This document shows positions 1 through 9,582 of a stretch of DNA of 64,000 nucleotides, in pieces. Origin of the DNA: Candidatus Krumholzibacteriia bacterium. Its GTDB lineage: Bacteria > Krumholzibacteriota > Krumholzibacteriia > JAJRXK01. The stretch's first letter is position 1; each line of letters opens with the position of its first letter. The notes below the pieces were generated by a model. That model did no database searches. It had not been told where the DNA came from and saw only the letters and a list, made by a program, of their open reading frames with translations. A program made the position numbers and the translations under genes. The stretch covers positions 32,001 to 96,000 of the forward strand of contig JBGPIA010000012.1 of assembly GCA_041484665.1 (NCBI GenBank), read 5' to 3'.

Positions 1-724
1 TGGTGGGCCAGAACCCGTCGCAGTCGTAGACGGAGCAGTTCCACTCGACGATGTCGCCCTGCAACTTCGTGACGTCATAGCCCATGGGGGTGAGGTTGAA
101 CTTCATCTCGACGGTGTACCCCTGATCGGGAACAGCGTCGGAGTTCGAGATCCCCTGCACGACGGTGACGGCGTCCCAGGCGTCGATCTGCGCGGGCGTG
201 CGCGGCGAGCCGATTGGCAGGGTGATCCAGGCCCCGCCTGCGAAGAGCGGCAGCTGGCCCACGGGCTGCGGGTCGGCGTGGAGGAGATTCCACCACGCGT
301 AGAAGTATTCTATAGGCCCTTTGGGGAAGCCCGAGGCCAGGTGGTCCTTGATGGACATCAACAAGCCGTCGAAGCGGTTGAACTCCTGCGAGCCGCCGAC
401 CGATGTGTCTTTCATACGCGCGCCGAGGTACATCTGGTTGCCGTAGACCAGCAGCTTCAGCGTCGCGTCGGTGGGATCGGGGACGGGGATAACTCCCCCT
501 TCGTTCTTGAATCCGCTGCCTGGGATGCCCGAGTCCTGGGCCCATTGGACCCGCACGGACTCCGCGACCGCCCAGGCGGGCTCATTCAGCACGCCGTCGA
601 GGGTGATGGGCGTCGAGGAGCGGCGCGCCCACATGACATCCAGTCGCGGTGGCTGCGCGAACGCCGGCAGCGCCGCGCAGAGGATCGCGATCACGAGCAG
701 AACGATTGCCGGTGCCGTTCTCAT
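1..724 (-). CDS. Secreted CBM9/DOMON-like sugar-binding protein (runs off left edge)
   Basis: Not in ORF track. Manual translation from ATG 724 (GGAGG RBS) gives MRTAPAIVLLVIAILCAALPAFAQ signal peptide, then PITLDGVLNEPAW and GYTVEMKF, motifs typical of CBM9-like domains. Frame is open to position 1. Confidence 0.65.
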   Translation of the reverse strand, partial: MRTAPAIVLLVIAILCAALPAFAQPPRLDVMWARRSSTPITLDGVLNEPAWAVAESVRVQWAQDSGIPGSGFKNEGGVIPVPDPTDATLKLLVYGNQMYLGARMKDTSVGGSQEFNRFDGLLMSIKDHLASGFPKGPIEYFYAWWNLLHADPQPVGQLPLFAGGAWITLPIGSPRTPAQIDAWDAVTVVQGISNSDAVPDQGYTVEMKFNLTPMGYDVTKLQGDIVEWNCSVYDCDGFWPT

Positions 725-778
725 GGTTGGGGCCTCCTGATGGGTCTTCGTAAAACCGGGGTGTCGTCGTCGTTGGGA

Positions 779-1831
779 TTAGGTCGCTGCCGACGTCCGT
801 CTGCGCTCCGACCGAGCGTCGGCAGCAGAGGGGTGCGTGGATCCGCACGAGCTCCGCACCACCAGGGTCGTGGGAAGCACCTCGTGATGGGACGCTTGCG
901 GCTGCGGGGACGCCGCTGCGGCCGCCCACAGCCGAATGGCCCGTGCTCCGAGCTCGTACGCGTCCACGTGGACCGTGGTGAGCGGCGGGCTCAGGTATTG
1001 GGAGATCGCGATGTCGTCGAATCCGGTCACTGCCATGTCCTGCGGCACGCGCACCGAGGCGTCGCGCAGGGCGCTCAGCAGGCCGATGGCCATGTAGTCG
1101 TTGGCGGCAAACACCGCGCGCGGACGCGGTTCCATCGCGAGGATGGCGACGGCGGCCCGGTAACCCGATGCCTCGGAGAAATCGCCCTGGATCTCCTGAC
1201 CGGGGGCCGGCAGCAGCCCGGCCTCATGCAGCGCCTCGCGGTAACCGCGCAGGCGCTCCTCGGCGTCGGCGTTGCCCGCGGGGCCCTTGATCATTGCGAT
1301 CTCGCGGCGGCCGAGGCTCAGCAGGTGGGCGACCATCGCGTGTGCGCCCTCGAAATTCGCAATCGAGACCGCGCAGCACCCATCGGACCCCAAGCGAGGG
1401 TTGAGGAGCACGATGGGGAACCTCCGCGCGAGCTGTTGGATCGCGGCGGCAGACCCCTCGTCCGGCGCCATCACGATCAAGCCGTCGATGCGCCCGCGCA
1501 TCGAGCGCGCGGCCGCAGCCAGGGCGTCCGTGTCCGCGTGGGAGCTCGACACCAGGACCAGCAGGTGCTCGCGGCGCGCCCCGTGGTCGATGCCGCGGAT
1601 GACTTCCGAGAAGAACTCCCCGAACAGGTCGGGGAGCAGCAGGCCGATGGCGTGCGTGCGGGCAGTGATGAGACTGCGCGCTGCCAGATTGGGCCAGTAG
1701 TCCAGGCCACTCGCCACCGTGCGCACGCGCTGGACGGTCTCCTCACTCACCCGGGAGCTGTCGTTGAAGACGCGCGAAACGGTCGCGATCGACACACCCG
1801 CCGCTCGCGCTACGTCCCGGATGGTTGACAC
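779..1831 (-). CDS. LacI-family transcriptional regulator
   Basis: TIRDVARAAGVSIATVSRV HTH; ANDYMAIG, GFDDI, PPLTTV. Confidence 0.97.
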   Translation of the reverse strand: MSTIRDVARAAGVSIATVSRVFNDSSRVSEETVQRVRTVASGLDYWPNLAARSLITARTHAIGLLLPDLFGEFFSEVIRGIDHGARREHLLVLVSSSHADTDALAAAARSMRGRIDGLIVMAPDEGSAAAIQQLARRFPIVLLNPRLGSDGCCAVSIANFEGAHAMVAHLLSLGRREIAMIKGPAGNADAEERLRGYREALHEAGLLPAPGQEIQGDFSEASGYRAAVAILAMEPRPRAVFAANDYMAIGLLSALRDASVRVPQDMAVTGFDDIAISQYLSPPLTTVHVDAYELGARAIRLWAAAAASPQPQASHHEVLPTTLVVRSSCGSTHPSAADARSERRRTSAAT

Positions 1832-1920
1832 CGCCGTCTCCTGGGCGAAACCGAGGATTCACGGGAGGGCCGCGTCCGCGACGGCCACCGAGGCTCGCGG
1901 AGCGGGTTCTCGGTTCGGCG

Positions 1921-1934
1921 TGTAAACGGTTTCA
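1921..1934. promoter_or_regulatory. LacI-family operator TGTAAACGGTTTCA
   Basis: Matches the TGWAANCGNTTWCA consensus; lies between lacI and the divergent GH94 operon; TTGACA on the minus strand at 1950-1955. Confidence 0.75.
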
Positions 1935-2158
1935 TAGATGCGTGTGCCGTGTCAAGCCCGCTGCTACATTGCGACCGGGCGGCGGCCGCCAGGCGACGGA
2001 AGGCGGCGGCCGCGACCAGGGACCGTACGGAGGATGATCTTGTAACATATTGTGTTAGAGATAGTTATGCTCTCCGACTGGGCCAGGGCAGCCTGCGAGC
2101 TCCCCCGCGCCCCGCAAGAGATCTTCCCCGCGGCGGAGCTTCAGGTCTAGAGTGCCCC

Positions 2159-2205
2159 CGCGGCGGGGCATCGCGGCGGGGCATCGCGGCGGGGCATCGC
2201 GGCGG
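2159..2205 (+). repeat. 13-bp tandem repeat CGCGGCGGGGCAT x3.6
   Basis: Read directly, upstream of the GH94 start. Confidence 0.9.
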
Positions 2206-2355
2206 CGGCGCTGCGCCGGCGCCCTGGGTCGGCTCGGTGCGGCGCCCGCACGGCCCCGCGCGCGGCCGGAGGCGACGGCGGGGTGGCTCCTGGACTCCGG
2301 CGGGCGCCAACCGGCGGCCGGCTCGCGGGCGACCTCCCAGAACCGCGGCATCCCC

Positions 2356-5300
2356 ATGCACAGCGCACCCCAGTCCACGCCGCTGCACCCCCTGTTGGGC
2401 CCGGTGCCGTCCGCGCGCTTCCTGTCCAGCGAGAGCTACGCGGTGCTGATCACCGCCGCGGGCACGGGTGTCTCGGCCACGCCGACCCACGCGCTCACAC
2501 CCTGGCGCGCCGACCGGACCGAGGATCGTGATGGCCTCTTCGTCTATCTGCGCGATCTGGACAGCCGCGCCTTCTGGTCGGCCGGCTTGCGGCCCGTGCC
2601 TCGCCCGGACTGCGGTGCGAGCGCTCGCTGGCAGCCCGGGCGCTTCGTCCTGTCGCGGCTGGACGACGGGATCGAAGCCACGCTGGAGGTTTGCGTTGCG
2701 CCGGACGCCGCGGCGGAGATCCGGCGCCTCGTGCTCGTCAATCGCTCCGGCCGGCCACGGCGTATCGAGGTCACGACCTTCGCCGAGGTCGCGCTCGACG
2801 ACCCGGCGGCGCATGCCGCGCACCCGAGTTTCTCGAAGCTCTTCGTGCAGACCGAGCGCGTGGAGGCGCAGCAGGCCCTGCTGGCGACGCGCCGGCCGCG
2901 CTCGCCGAGCGAACGCCAGCCGTGGATGATCCACGCGCTGCTCGCGACGGGCGAGGGGCGAGCTGAAGCGCAGAGCGGGGGGCGAGGCGCCGCAGCGGAC
3001 GGACTCGCCGCGCGCGAGCAGGGGCACGAAACCGATCGCGGTCGCTTCCTGGGGCGTTGCGCGCCTGTGGATGCTCCCCGCGCGCTGACAACCGACCTCC
3101 CGCTGTCCGGCACGACCGGCAACGTGCTCGATCCGTGCGTGAGCCTGCGCCGCGTCCTGCGGCTGGAGCCCGGCGCCCGTGCGGAGCTGGCGTTCCTGCT
3201 CGGCGCCGCGCCCGACCGGTCGGCAGCGCTGGCCCTGGTCGAGCGCTTCGAGCACCGCGGCGCGATCGCGGCCGCGTTCGAGGGAGCGCAGGCCCGCGAG
3301 CGGGAGCTGTTGGGTCGCTTGGACGTCACGGAAGCGCAAGCCGAGTCGTTTCAGGAGCTTGCCGGAGCCATGCTCTACGGCCATCCGGGCCTGCGCGCCT
3401 CGCCGGCGGTGCTGGCGCGCGCCCGCGGCAGCACGGCCGATCTCGCGCGCTATGGCATCTCCCCGCGGCGCGCGCTGGCGGTGGTCCACGCCGAGCGGCC
3501 CGCCGGCGCGGCCCGCCTGCGCGAGCTGGTGAATGCCCATCGCTATTGGCAAGCGCACCGCCTCCCGATCGACCTGCTGGTGCTCTCCGATGGCGAGCCG
3601 CCGCGCATCTCCAGCGCCGCAGCGGATCAGGTCACGCCGCCGTTGGTCGTGCGCGCCGCCGATCTCCCGCCCGCGGATCTCGACCTGATCGATACCTTCG
3701 CGCGGCTCGTCGTCGCCGACACCGCATGGGACCTCGGGGCGTGCGATGCGCTGCCAGCGACGGCGGTGCCGCGGGCAGGGGGCGCCACTGCAGGGGCCGC
3801 CATCGCATCGCGCGCCACCGTGGGACCCGCCACTGCAAAGCCCGCCACCGCAGCGGCTGCGACAGCACCGCTGGAGGAGCTGCGCTTCGCCAACGGCCTC
3901 GGAGGCTTCACGGCCGGCGGCGAGGAGTACGTCATCCGCCTACGACGGGACGCGTCGGGGAGCTTCGCGTACCCGCCCCGGCCATGGACCAACGTCATCG
4001 CCAACGAGACGTTCGGGTTCATCGTGAGCGAGACGGGCGCCGGCACCACGTGGAGCCGCAACAGCCGCGAGCATCGCCTGACTCCCTGGTCGAACGATCC
4101 CCTGCTCGATCCGCACGGCGAGGCCTTCTACGTGCGCGACGAGGAGACCGGGGCGTTCTGGTCGCCCTTGCCCGGCCCCGCGCCCGCGGCAGGCGACTAC
4201 GAGATGCGCCATGGCCTCGGCGCGAGCTGCTGCCGCCACGAAAGCGCCGGGCTCGAGCAGGAGACGGTCCTCTTCGTGCTGCACGACGCCCCGGTGCGGG
4301 TCACGCGGCTGCGCTTGACCGATCGCAGCGGGCACGCGCGCCGGCTGTCGTTGTTCGCGTACTACCGGCTCGCGCTCGGCGGGCTGCCGCAGGAGAGCGG
4401 GCGCTTCGTCGTCACCGAGCTCGACCTGGCCTCGCAGGCGGTCCTGGCCCGCAATCGGCTGGCCGGAGAGTTCGCCGACGGGATCACCTTCGCCGCCGTC
4501 GTGGGGCCGGGCCCCGCGCAGCGAGCGGGCGGGCTGGAGGCGCCGGAGGGCGCCAGCGGTACGGCCCGGCTGCAGTCCGTCCACGCCAGCGGCGACCGTT
4601 ACGCGTTCCTGGGCGGGGGCGGAAGCCCGGCCGACCCCGCCGCGCTGCGCGCTGGCGCGACGCTCGACGGTCACGTGGGGGCCGGCCTGGATCCCTGCGT
4701 CGCACAGCAGGCCGTGCTCGAGCTGCCCGCCGGCGGCAGCGTGGAGGTCTGCTTCCTGCTAGGCGAGGCGCGCGAGCTCGACGAGGCGCGCGCGCTGATC
4801 GCGCGCCTGCGCGCCCCCGGGGCGGCGGCTGCGGCGCTGGAGGAGGCGCGAGCTTTCTGGCAACGCGGCGTCTCCGGCGTGCGCATCGAGACCCCCTCGC
4901 CTGCCCTCGACGTGATGGTCAACGGCTGGCTCCCGTACCAGGTGCTCAGCTGCCGCATCTGGGGACGCTCGGCGCTCTATCAATCCGGCGGAGCCTTTGG
5001 CTTCCGCGACCAGCTCCAGGACGCCGGCGCGCTGGTGTACCTGTGGCCGCAGCGCGTGCGCACGCAGCTGTTGCTGCACGCGGCGCACCAGTTCGCCGAA
5101 GGCGACGTCCTGCATTGGTGGCACCCGCCGGCTGGCCGCGGACTGCGCACCCGCTTCGCCGACGATCTGCTCTGGCTCCCCTCGTTGACCGCCTTCTACG
5201 TGCGCACGACCGGCGACTGGAGCGTGCTGGAAGAGCGCGTACGCTTTCTCGCCGCCAGGGCGCTGCGCGACGGCGAGGACGAGGCGTTCCTGCAGCCGGA

Positions 5301-6492
5301 GGACTCCGGCACGTCGGCCGATCTCTACGAGCACTGTTGCCGCGCTATCGACCGCTCGCTGCGCACGGGGCACCACGGTCTGCCGCTGTTCGGGACCGGG
5401 GATTGGAACGACGGCATGAATCGCGTCGGGCGCGAGGGCAAAGGCGAGAGCGTGTGGATGGGCTTCTTCTTGTGCTCGATCCTCGAGGAGTTCATGCCCT
5501 TGTGCGAGCGCCGCGGGGACCGCGGCCGGATCGCCGCGTACCGTACGCACCGCGAGCGCCTGCAGGTCGCCCTCAACGACGGTGGCTGGGACGGCGAGTG
5601 GTACCGCCGGGGCTATTACGACAACGGCGCGCCTCTGGGGTCGCACCAGAGCGATGAGTGCCGCATCGACGCCTTGGCGCAGGCCTGGGCGGTGCTGTCG
5701 GGCGTCGCACCCCCAAAGCGGGCGCGCCAGGCGATGGACGCGGTGGAGCGCCATCTGATCGCCGAGCCGGACGGGTTGATCCGGCTGCTCACGCCGCCGT
5801 TCTCCCATACGCGCAACGACCCCGGTTACATCAAGGGCTACGTGGCCGGCGTGCGCGAGAACGGCGGGCAGTACACCCACGCCGCGCTGTGGGTCGTGCG
5901 CGCCCTGGCCGAGATCGGGCGCCACGACCAGGCGGCGCGCCTGCTGGAGATGCTCACTCCGATCCACCACGCGCAGACGGCACAGCAGGTCGCGGTCTAT
6001 CAAGTCGAGCCCTACGTCGTCGCCGCCGACGTCTACGGGGAGCCTCCCCACGTCGGGCGCGGGGGCTGGACCTGGTACACCGGATCGGCGGGCTGGATGT
6101 ACCGCGTCGCGCTCGAGACGCTTCTGGGGCTCACGCTCGCGGGCGGCGACGCGTTGCGGGTGCGGCCCCGCATCCCGCGGGATTGGCCGCAATTCACGCT
6201 CGGCTACCGCGTACCTGGCGGGCTCGGCGTGCCGGACCGCCTCGACGCGCGGCGCGAGCCGGGCGGACCCGCAGCGCCCGGCGGGTCGCGCGTGCCGGGC
6301 AGCGGCGGCGACACGGTCTACGACATCCGCGTCACCAACCCGCAGCGTGCTCCGGAGCGGGTGGTCGCGGTGACCCTCGACAAAGCGATCGGACGCATCG
6401 AGGGCGGCGCGGCACACATCCCGCTCGTGCACGACGGGCGCACGCACCAGGTGGAGATCGTCCTCGGTCGCAGCGAAAGCGGGCCCGCGTGA
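2356..6492 (+). CDS. GH94 glycoside phosphorylase resembling the C-terminal region of cyclic beta-1,2-glucan synthase (two N-terminal beta-sandwich repeats)
   Basis: Duplicated N-terminal domains (FLSSESYAVLITAAGTG / NVIANETFGFIVSETGAG); YQSGGAFGFRDQLQD, GTGDWNDGMN, RENGGQYTH, WYTGSAGW. Start placed at ATG 2356. Confidence 0.9.
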   Translation: MHSAPQSTPLHPLLGPVPSARFLSSESYAVLITAAGTGVSATPTHALTPWRADRTEDRDGLFVYLRDLDSRAFWSAGLRPVPRPDCGASARWQPGRFVLSRLDDGIEATLEVCVAPDAAAEIRRLVLVNRSGRPRRIEVTTFAEVALDDPAAHAAHPSFSKLFVQTERVEAQQALLATRRPRSPSERQPWMIHALLATGEGRAEAQSGGRGAAADGLAAREQGHETDRGRFLGRCAPVDAPRALTTDLPLSGTTGNVLDPCVSLRRVLRLEPGARAELAFLLGAAPDRSAALALVERFEHRGAIAAAFEGAQARERELLGRLDVTEAQAESFQELAGAMLYGHPGLRASPAVLARARGSTADLARYGISPRRALAVVHAERPAGAARLRELVNAHRYWQAHRLPIDLLVLSDGEPPRISSAAADQVTPPLVVRAADLPPADLDLIDTFARLVVADTAWDLGACDALPATAVPRAGGATAGAAIASRATVGPATAKPATAAAATAPLEELRFANGLGGFTAGGEEYVIRLRRDASGSFAYPPRPWTNVIANETFGFIVSETGAGTTWSRNSREHRLTPWSNDPLLDPHGEAFYVRDEETGAFWSPLPGPAPAAGDYEMRHGLGASCCRHESAGLEQETVLFVLHDAPVRVTRLRLTDRSGHARRLSLFAYYRLALGGLPQESGRFVVTELDLASQAVLARNRLAGEFADGITFAAVVGPGPAQRAGGLEAPEGASGTARLQSVHASGDRYAFLGGGGSPADPAALRAGATLDGHVGAGLDPCVAQQAVLELPAGGSVEVCFLLGEARELDEARALIARLRAPGAAAAALEEARAFWQRGVSGVRIETPSPALDVMVNGWLPYQVLSCRIWGRSALYQSGGAFGFRDQLQDAGALVYLWPQRVRTQLLLHAAHQFAEGDVLHWWHPPAGRGLRTRFADDLLWLPSLTAFYVRTTGDWSVLEERVRFLAARALRDGEDEAFLQPEDSGTSADLYEHCCRAIDRSLRTGHHGLPLFGTGDWNDGMNRVGREGKGESVWMGFFLCSILEEFMPLCERRGDRGRIAAYRTHRERLQVALNDGGWDGEWYRRGYYDNGAPLGSHQSDECRIDALAQAWAVLSGVAPPKRARQAMDAVERHLIAEPDGLIRLLTPPFSHTRNDPGYIKGYVAGVRENGGQYTHAALWVVRALAEIGRHDQAARLLEMLTPIHHAQTAQQVAVYQVEPYVVAADVYGEPPHVGRGGWTWYTGSAGWMYRVALETLLGLTLAGGDALRVRPRIPRDWPQFTLGYRVPGGLGVPDRLDARREPGGPAAPGGSRVPGSGGDTVYDIRVTNPQRAPERVVAVTLDKAIGRIEGGAAHIPLVHDGRTHQVEIVLGRSESGPA

Positions 6493-7907
6493 GCGCGCAC
6501 CGCCGTGTCCGCTCCGCCGCCCCCGATCCCGCGGGCGGGCGCGTGCAGTTCCCCGAGCAGTTCCTGTGGGGCGCGGCCACCTCCGCGTATCAGATCGAGG
6601 GCTCGCCGCTGGCGGACGGAGCCGGTCCCAGCAACTGGCACCGGTTCGCCCACTCGCCGGGGCGCACCGCCGACGGAGAGACCGGCGACATCGCCTGCGA
6701 CCACTACCACCGCTACCGGGACGACGTCGCGGTCATGGGCGAGCTGGGCCTCTCGGCCTACCGCTTCAGCCTGTCGTGGAGCCGCATCCTGCCCGCCGGG
6801 CGTGGGGCCGTGAACCCGGCCGGGCTCGACTTCTACGCGCGCCTGATCGATCTGCTGCTGGCGCGCGGGATCCAGCCGTGCGTCACGCTCTTTCACTGGG
6901 ATCTTCCGGCGGCGCTCGACGACTGCGGTGGCTGGCTGAATCCAGACAGCGCGGAGTGGTTCGCCGAGTACGCGCGGGTGGCATTTCGCGCCTTTGGCGA
7001 CCGCGTGCCGCTGTGGGCGACGATCAACGAGCCCTGGGTGGTGGCCGACGCCGGGTATCTGCACGGCGTGAATGCTCCCGGGCACCAGAGCGTCTTCGAG
7101 ACGCCGATCGCAGCGCACCGCCTGCTGTGTGCCCATGGCGCCGCCGTGCGGGCCTACCGGGCGGAGGCGCGCTCGAAGACCGGCCAGATCGGCCTTGTGG
7201 TGAACCTCGAGCCGAAGGACCCGGCCTCGCAGTCGCCCGCCGACCTCGCCGCCACACAGCGGTCGGACGCGTACATGAACCGTCAGTACCTCGACCCCGT
7301 ATTGCTGGGGAGCTACCCCGAGGAGTTGCAGAGCGTCTTTGGCGAGGCGTGGCCGGCGCATCCCGAGCAGGAGATGCGCCTCATCGCCGAGCCGATCGAC
7401 TTCCTGGGGATCAACTACTACACGCGCGCCGTCATGCGCCACGACGACCTGGCGCCGCCGGTGCGGGCGAGCGCCGTGCCGCAGCCCCACGCGATCCGCA
7501 CCGAAACCGGCTGGGAGGTGCACCCGCAGAGCCTCACGCGGGTGCTGCTGTGGGTGAAGGAGCGCTACGGCAACGTTCCGCTGTACATCACCGAGAATGG
7601 CGCCGCCTTCTACGACCCGCCCAGCGCAATCCACGGTGAAGTCCAGGACCCGCTGCGGGTGGAGTACTACCGCGAGCACCTGCGGGCTGCCCACGCCGCG
7701 CTGCGCCAGGGCGTGGACCTGCGCGGCTATTTCGCCTGGTCGCTGCTGGACGACTACGAGTGGGCGAGCGGCTACTCCAAGCGCTTCGGCCTGGTGCACG
7801 TGGACTTTGCGACGCAGCGGCGGACGCCCAAGGCGAGCGCGCACTTCTACCGCGAGGTCATCCGCACACGCGGCGAGGCGCTCAGCGACGCGCCGGGGAC
7901 CGCGTGA
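6489..7907 (+). CDS. GH1 beta-glucosidase
   Basis: FLWGAATSAYQIEG, TINEP, YITENG; GTG start overlaps the GH94 stop (GTGA). Confidence 0.95.
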   Translation: MSAHRRVRSAAPDPAGGRVQFPEQFLWGAATSAYQIEGSPLADGAGPSNWHRFAHSPGRTADGETGDIACDHYHRYRDDVAVMGELGLSAYRFSLSWSRILPAGRGAVNPAGLDFYARLIDLLLARGIQPCVTLFHWDLPAALDDCGGWLNPDSAEWFAEYARVAFRAFGDRVPLWATINEPWVVADAGYLHGVNAPGHQSVFETPIAAHRLLCAHGAAVRAYRAEARSKTGQIGLVVNLEPKDPASQSPADLAATQRSDAYMNRQYLDPVLLGSYPEELQSVFGEAWPAHPEQEMRLIAEPIDFLGINYYTRAVMRHDDLAPPVRASAVPQPHAIRTETGWEVHPQSLTRVLLWVKERYGNVPLYITENGAAFYDPPSAIHGEVQDPLRVEYYREHLRAAHAALRQGVDLRGYFAWSLLDDYEWASGYSKRFGLVHVDFATQRRTPKASAHFYREVIRTRGEALSDAPGTA

Positions 7908-7927
7908 GGCGGGCCAGCCCTTTCCCG

Positions 7928-7957
7928 TTGACCGGCGCTGACCGTATCCCGTAGCTT
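7928..7957 (+). promoter_or_regulatory. Putative sigma70 promoter for the APC permease pair
   Basis: TTGACC-18 nt-TAGCTT. Confidence 0.5.
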
Positions 7958-8034
7958 TTCCAGCACTTAGCATCTGCGTGCTCGCCCGTGCCGCGCCCTG
8001 GCACGCAGCCCGTTCCCAGCAGAGGCAGCCCATC

Positions 8035-9582
8035 ATGTCCAACCCGCTGTTCGCCAAGAAGCCCTTGAGCTTGCTGCTCGAGGAGATGAAGGGGGACAAC
8101 CGGCTCCGGCGGGTGCTCGGGCCGGTCACCCTCACCAGCCTGGGCGTCGGCGCCATCATCGGCACCGGCATCTTCGTGCTCACCGGCGTCGCCGCCCACG
8201 ACCGGACGGGCCCCGGCCTGATCCTGTCGTTCTGCGTGTCCGGCGTCGCGTGCATCTTCGCCGCGCTCTGCTACGCCGAGTTCGCCTCGATGGCGCCCGT
8301 CGCCGGCTCGGCCTACACGTACGCGTACGCGACCTTGGGCGAGCTGTTCGCCTGGATCATCGGTTGGGACCTCGTGCTGGAGTACGCGGTCGGATCGTCC
8401 ACGGTCGCCCACGGCTGGTCGGCGCACTTCCAGGACCTGATCAAGAGCTTCGGCTTCAGCATCCCCCATGCGTTCGCCTCGGCGCCCTTCGACTTCAACC
8501 CGGCGACGGGCCAGTTCTTCTCCACCGGGTCGTACTTCGACGTGCCGGCGATCGTCATCACCGCGATCATCACCACCATCCTGGTCATTGGCATCCGCGA
8601 GAGCGCCGGGCTCAACGCGGTGATGGTCGGGGTGAAGCTCTTGATCGTGCTGTTCGTGATCGCGGTCGGGTCCTTCTACGTCGACCCGGCCAACTGGCAT
8701 CCGTTCGCTCCGTTCGGCTACACGGGGGTGAGCTTCTTCGGGCACATGCTGTTCGGACAAGCGGGGGCCGGGGGCACACCGTTGGGAGTGCTGGCGGGAG
8801 CCGCCATCATCTTCTTCGCGTACATCGGCTTCGACTCGGTGTCTACCCACGCCGAGGAAGCGCGCAACCCACAGCGCGACGTCCCCATCGGGATCATCGC
8901 ATCGCTGGTCATCTGCACGATCCTCTACATCGCAGTCTCGGCGGTGCTGACCGGGATGGTCCGCTACGACCAGATCGACATCAACGCGCCGGTGGCCCGC
9001 GCGTTCGCCAGCCGCGGGCTGCCTTGGGCGCAGCGGCTGATCGACGTGGGCGCCATCACGGGCATCACCTCCGTGCTGCTGGTCATGATGCTCAGCCAGC
9101 CGCGCGTGCTGCTGGCGATGGCCCGCGACGGACTGGTCCCGCCGAGCATCTTCGGGGCGGTGCACCCGAAGTTCCGCACCCCGTGGAAGTCCACCATCGT
9201 GACCGGCCTGTTCGTCGGCACCATGTCGGCGCTGCTGCCCCTGCGCATCCTGGCCGAGCTGACCAACATCGGCACGCTGCTCGCATTCGTGATCGTCTGC
9301 ACCGCAGTGCTGATCATGCGGCGTACGAACCCGCACGCCGAGCGGCCGTTCCGCGCGCCGTTCGTGCCCTTCGTGCCCATCGCGGGAATCGTGACCTGTG
9401 TCGTGCTGATGTTCTCGCTGCCGGTGGAGAATTGGTGGCGGCTGATCATCTGGCTCGGCCTGGGCTTCGTGATCTATTTCAGCTATGGCCGCCGCCACAG
9501 CGTGATGTCGCGGGTACGGGCCGCGGAGGCGCTCAACGGCAAGGGGACTGTGACCCCGCCGGTGCGTCCCGAGGAGGCATGA
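8035..9582 (+). CDS. APC-family amino acid permease (cationic amino acid transporter-like)
   Basis: LGVGAIIGTGIFVLTG, CYAEFASMAPVAGSAY, FAYIGFDSVSTHAEEARNP. Confidence 0.95.
   Translation: MSNPLFAKKPLSLLLEEMKGDNRLRRVLGPVTLTSLGVGAIIGTGIFVLTGVAAHDRTGPGLILSFCVSGVACIFAALCYAEFASMAPVAGSAYTYAYATLGELFAWIIGWDLVLEYAVGSSTVAHGWSAHFQDLIKSFGFSIPHAFASAPFDFNPATGQFFSTGSYFDVPAIVITAIITTILVIGIRESAGLNAVMVGVKLLIVLFVIAVGSFYVDPANWHPFAPFGYTGVSFFGHMLFGQAGAGGTPLGVLAGAAIIFFAYIGFDSVSTHAEEARNPQRDVPIGIIASLVICTILYIAVSAVLTGMVRYDQIDINAPVARAFASRGLPWAQRLIDVGAITGITSVLLVMMLSQPRVLLAMARDGLVPPSIFGAVHPKFRTPWKSTIVTGLFVGTMSALLPLRILAELTNIGTLLAFVIVCTAVLIMRRTNPHAERPFRAPFVPFVPIAGIVTCVVLMFSLPVENWWRLIIWLGLGFVIYFSYGRRHSVMSRVRAAEALNGKGTVTPPVRPEEA

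Noticed and set aside
2159..2205. CRISPR array (also 58463-58540)
   Set aside because: Short tandem repeats without unique spacers
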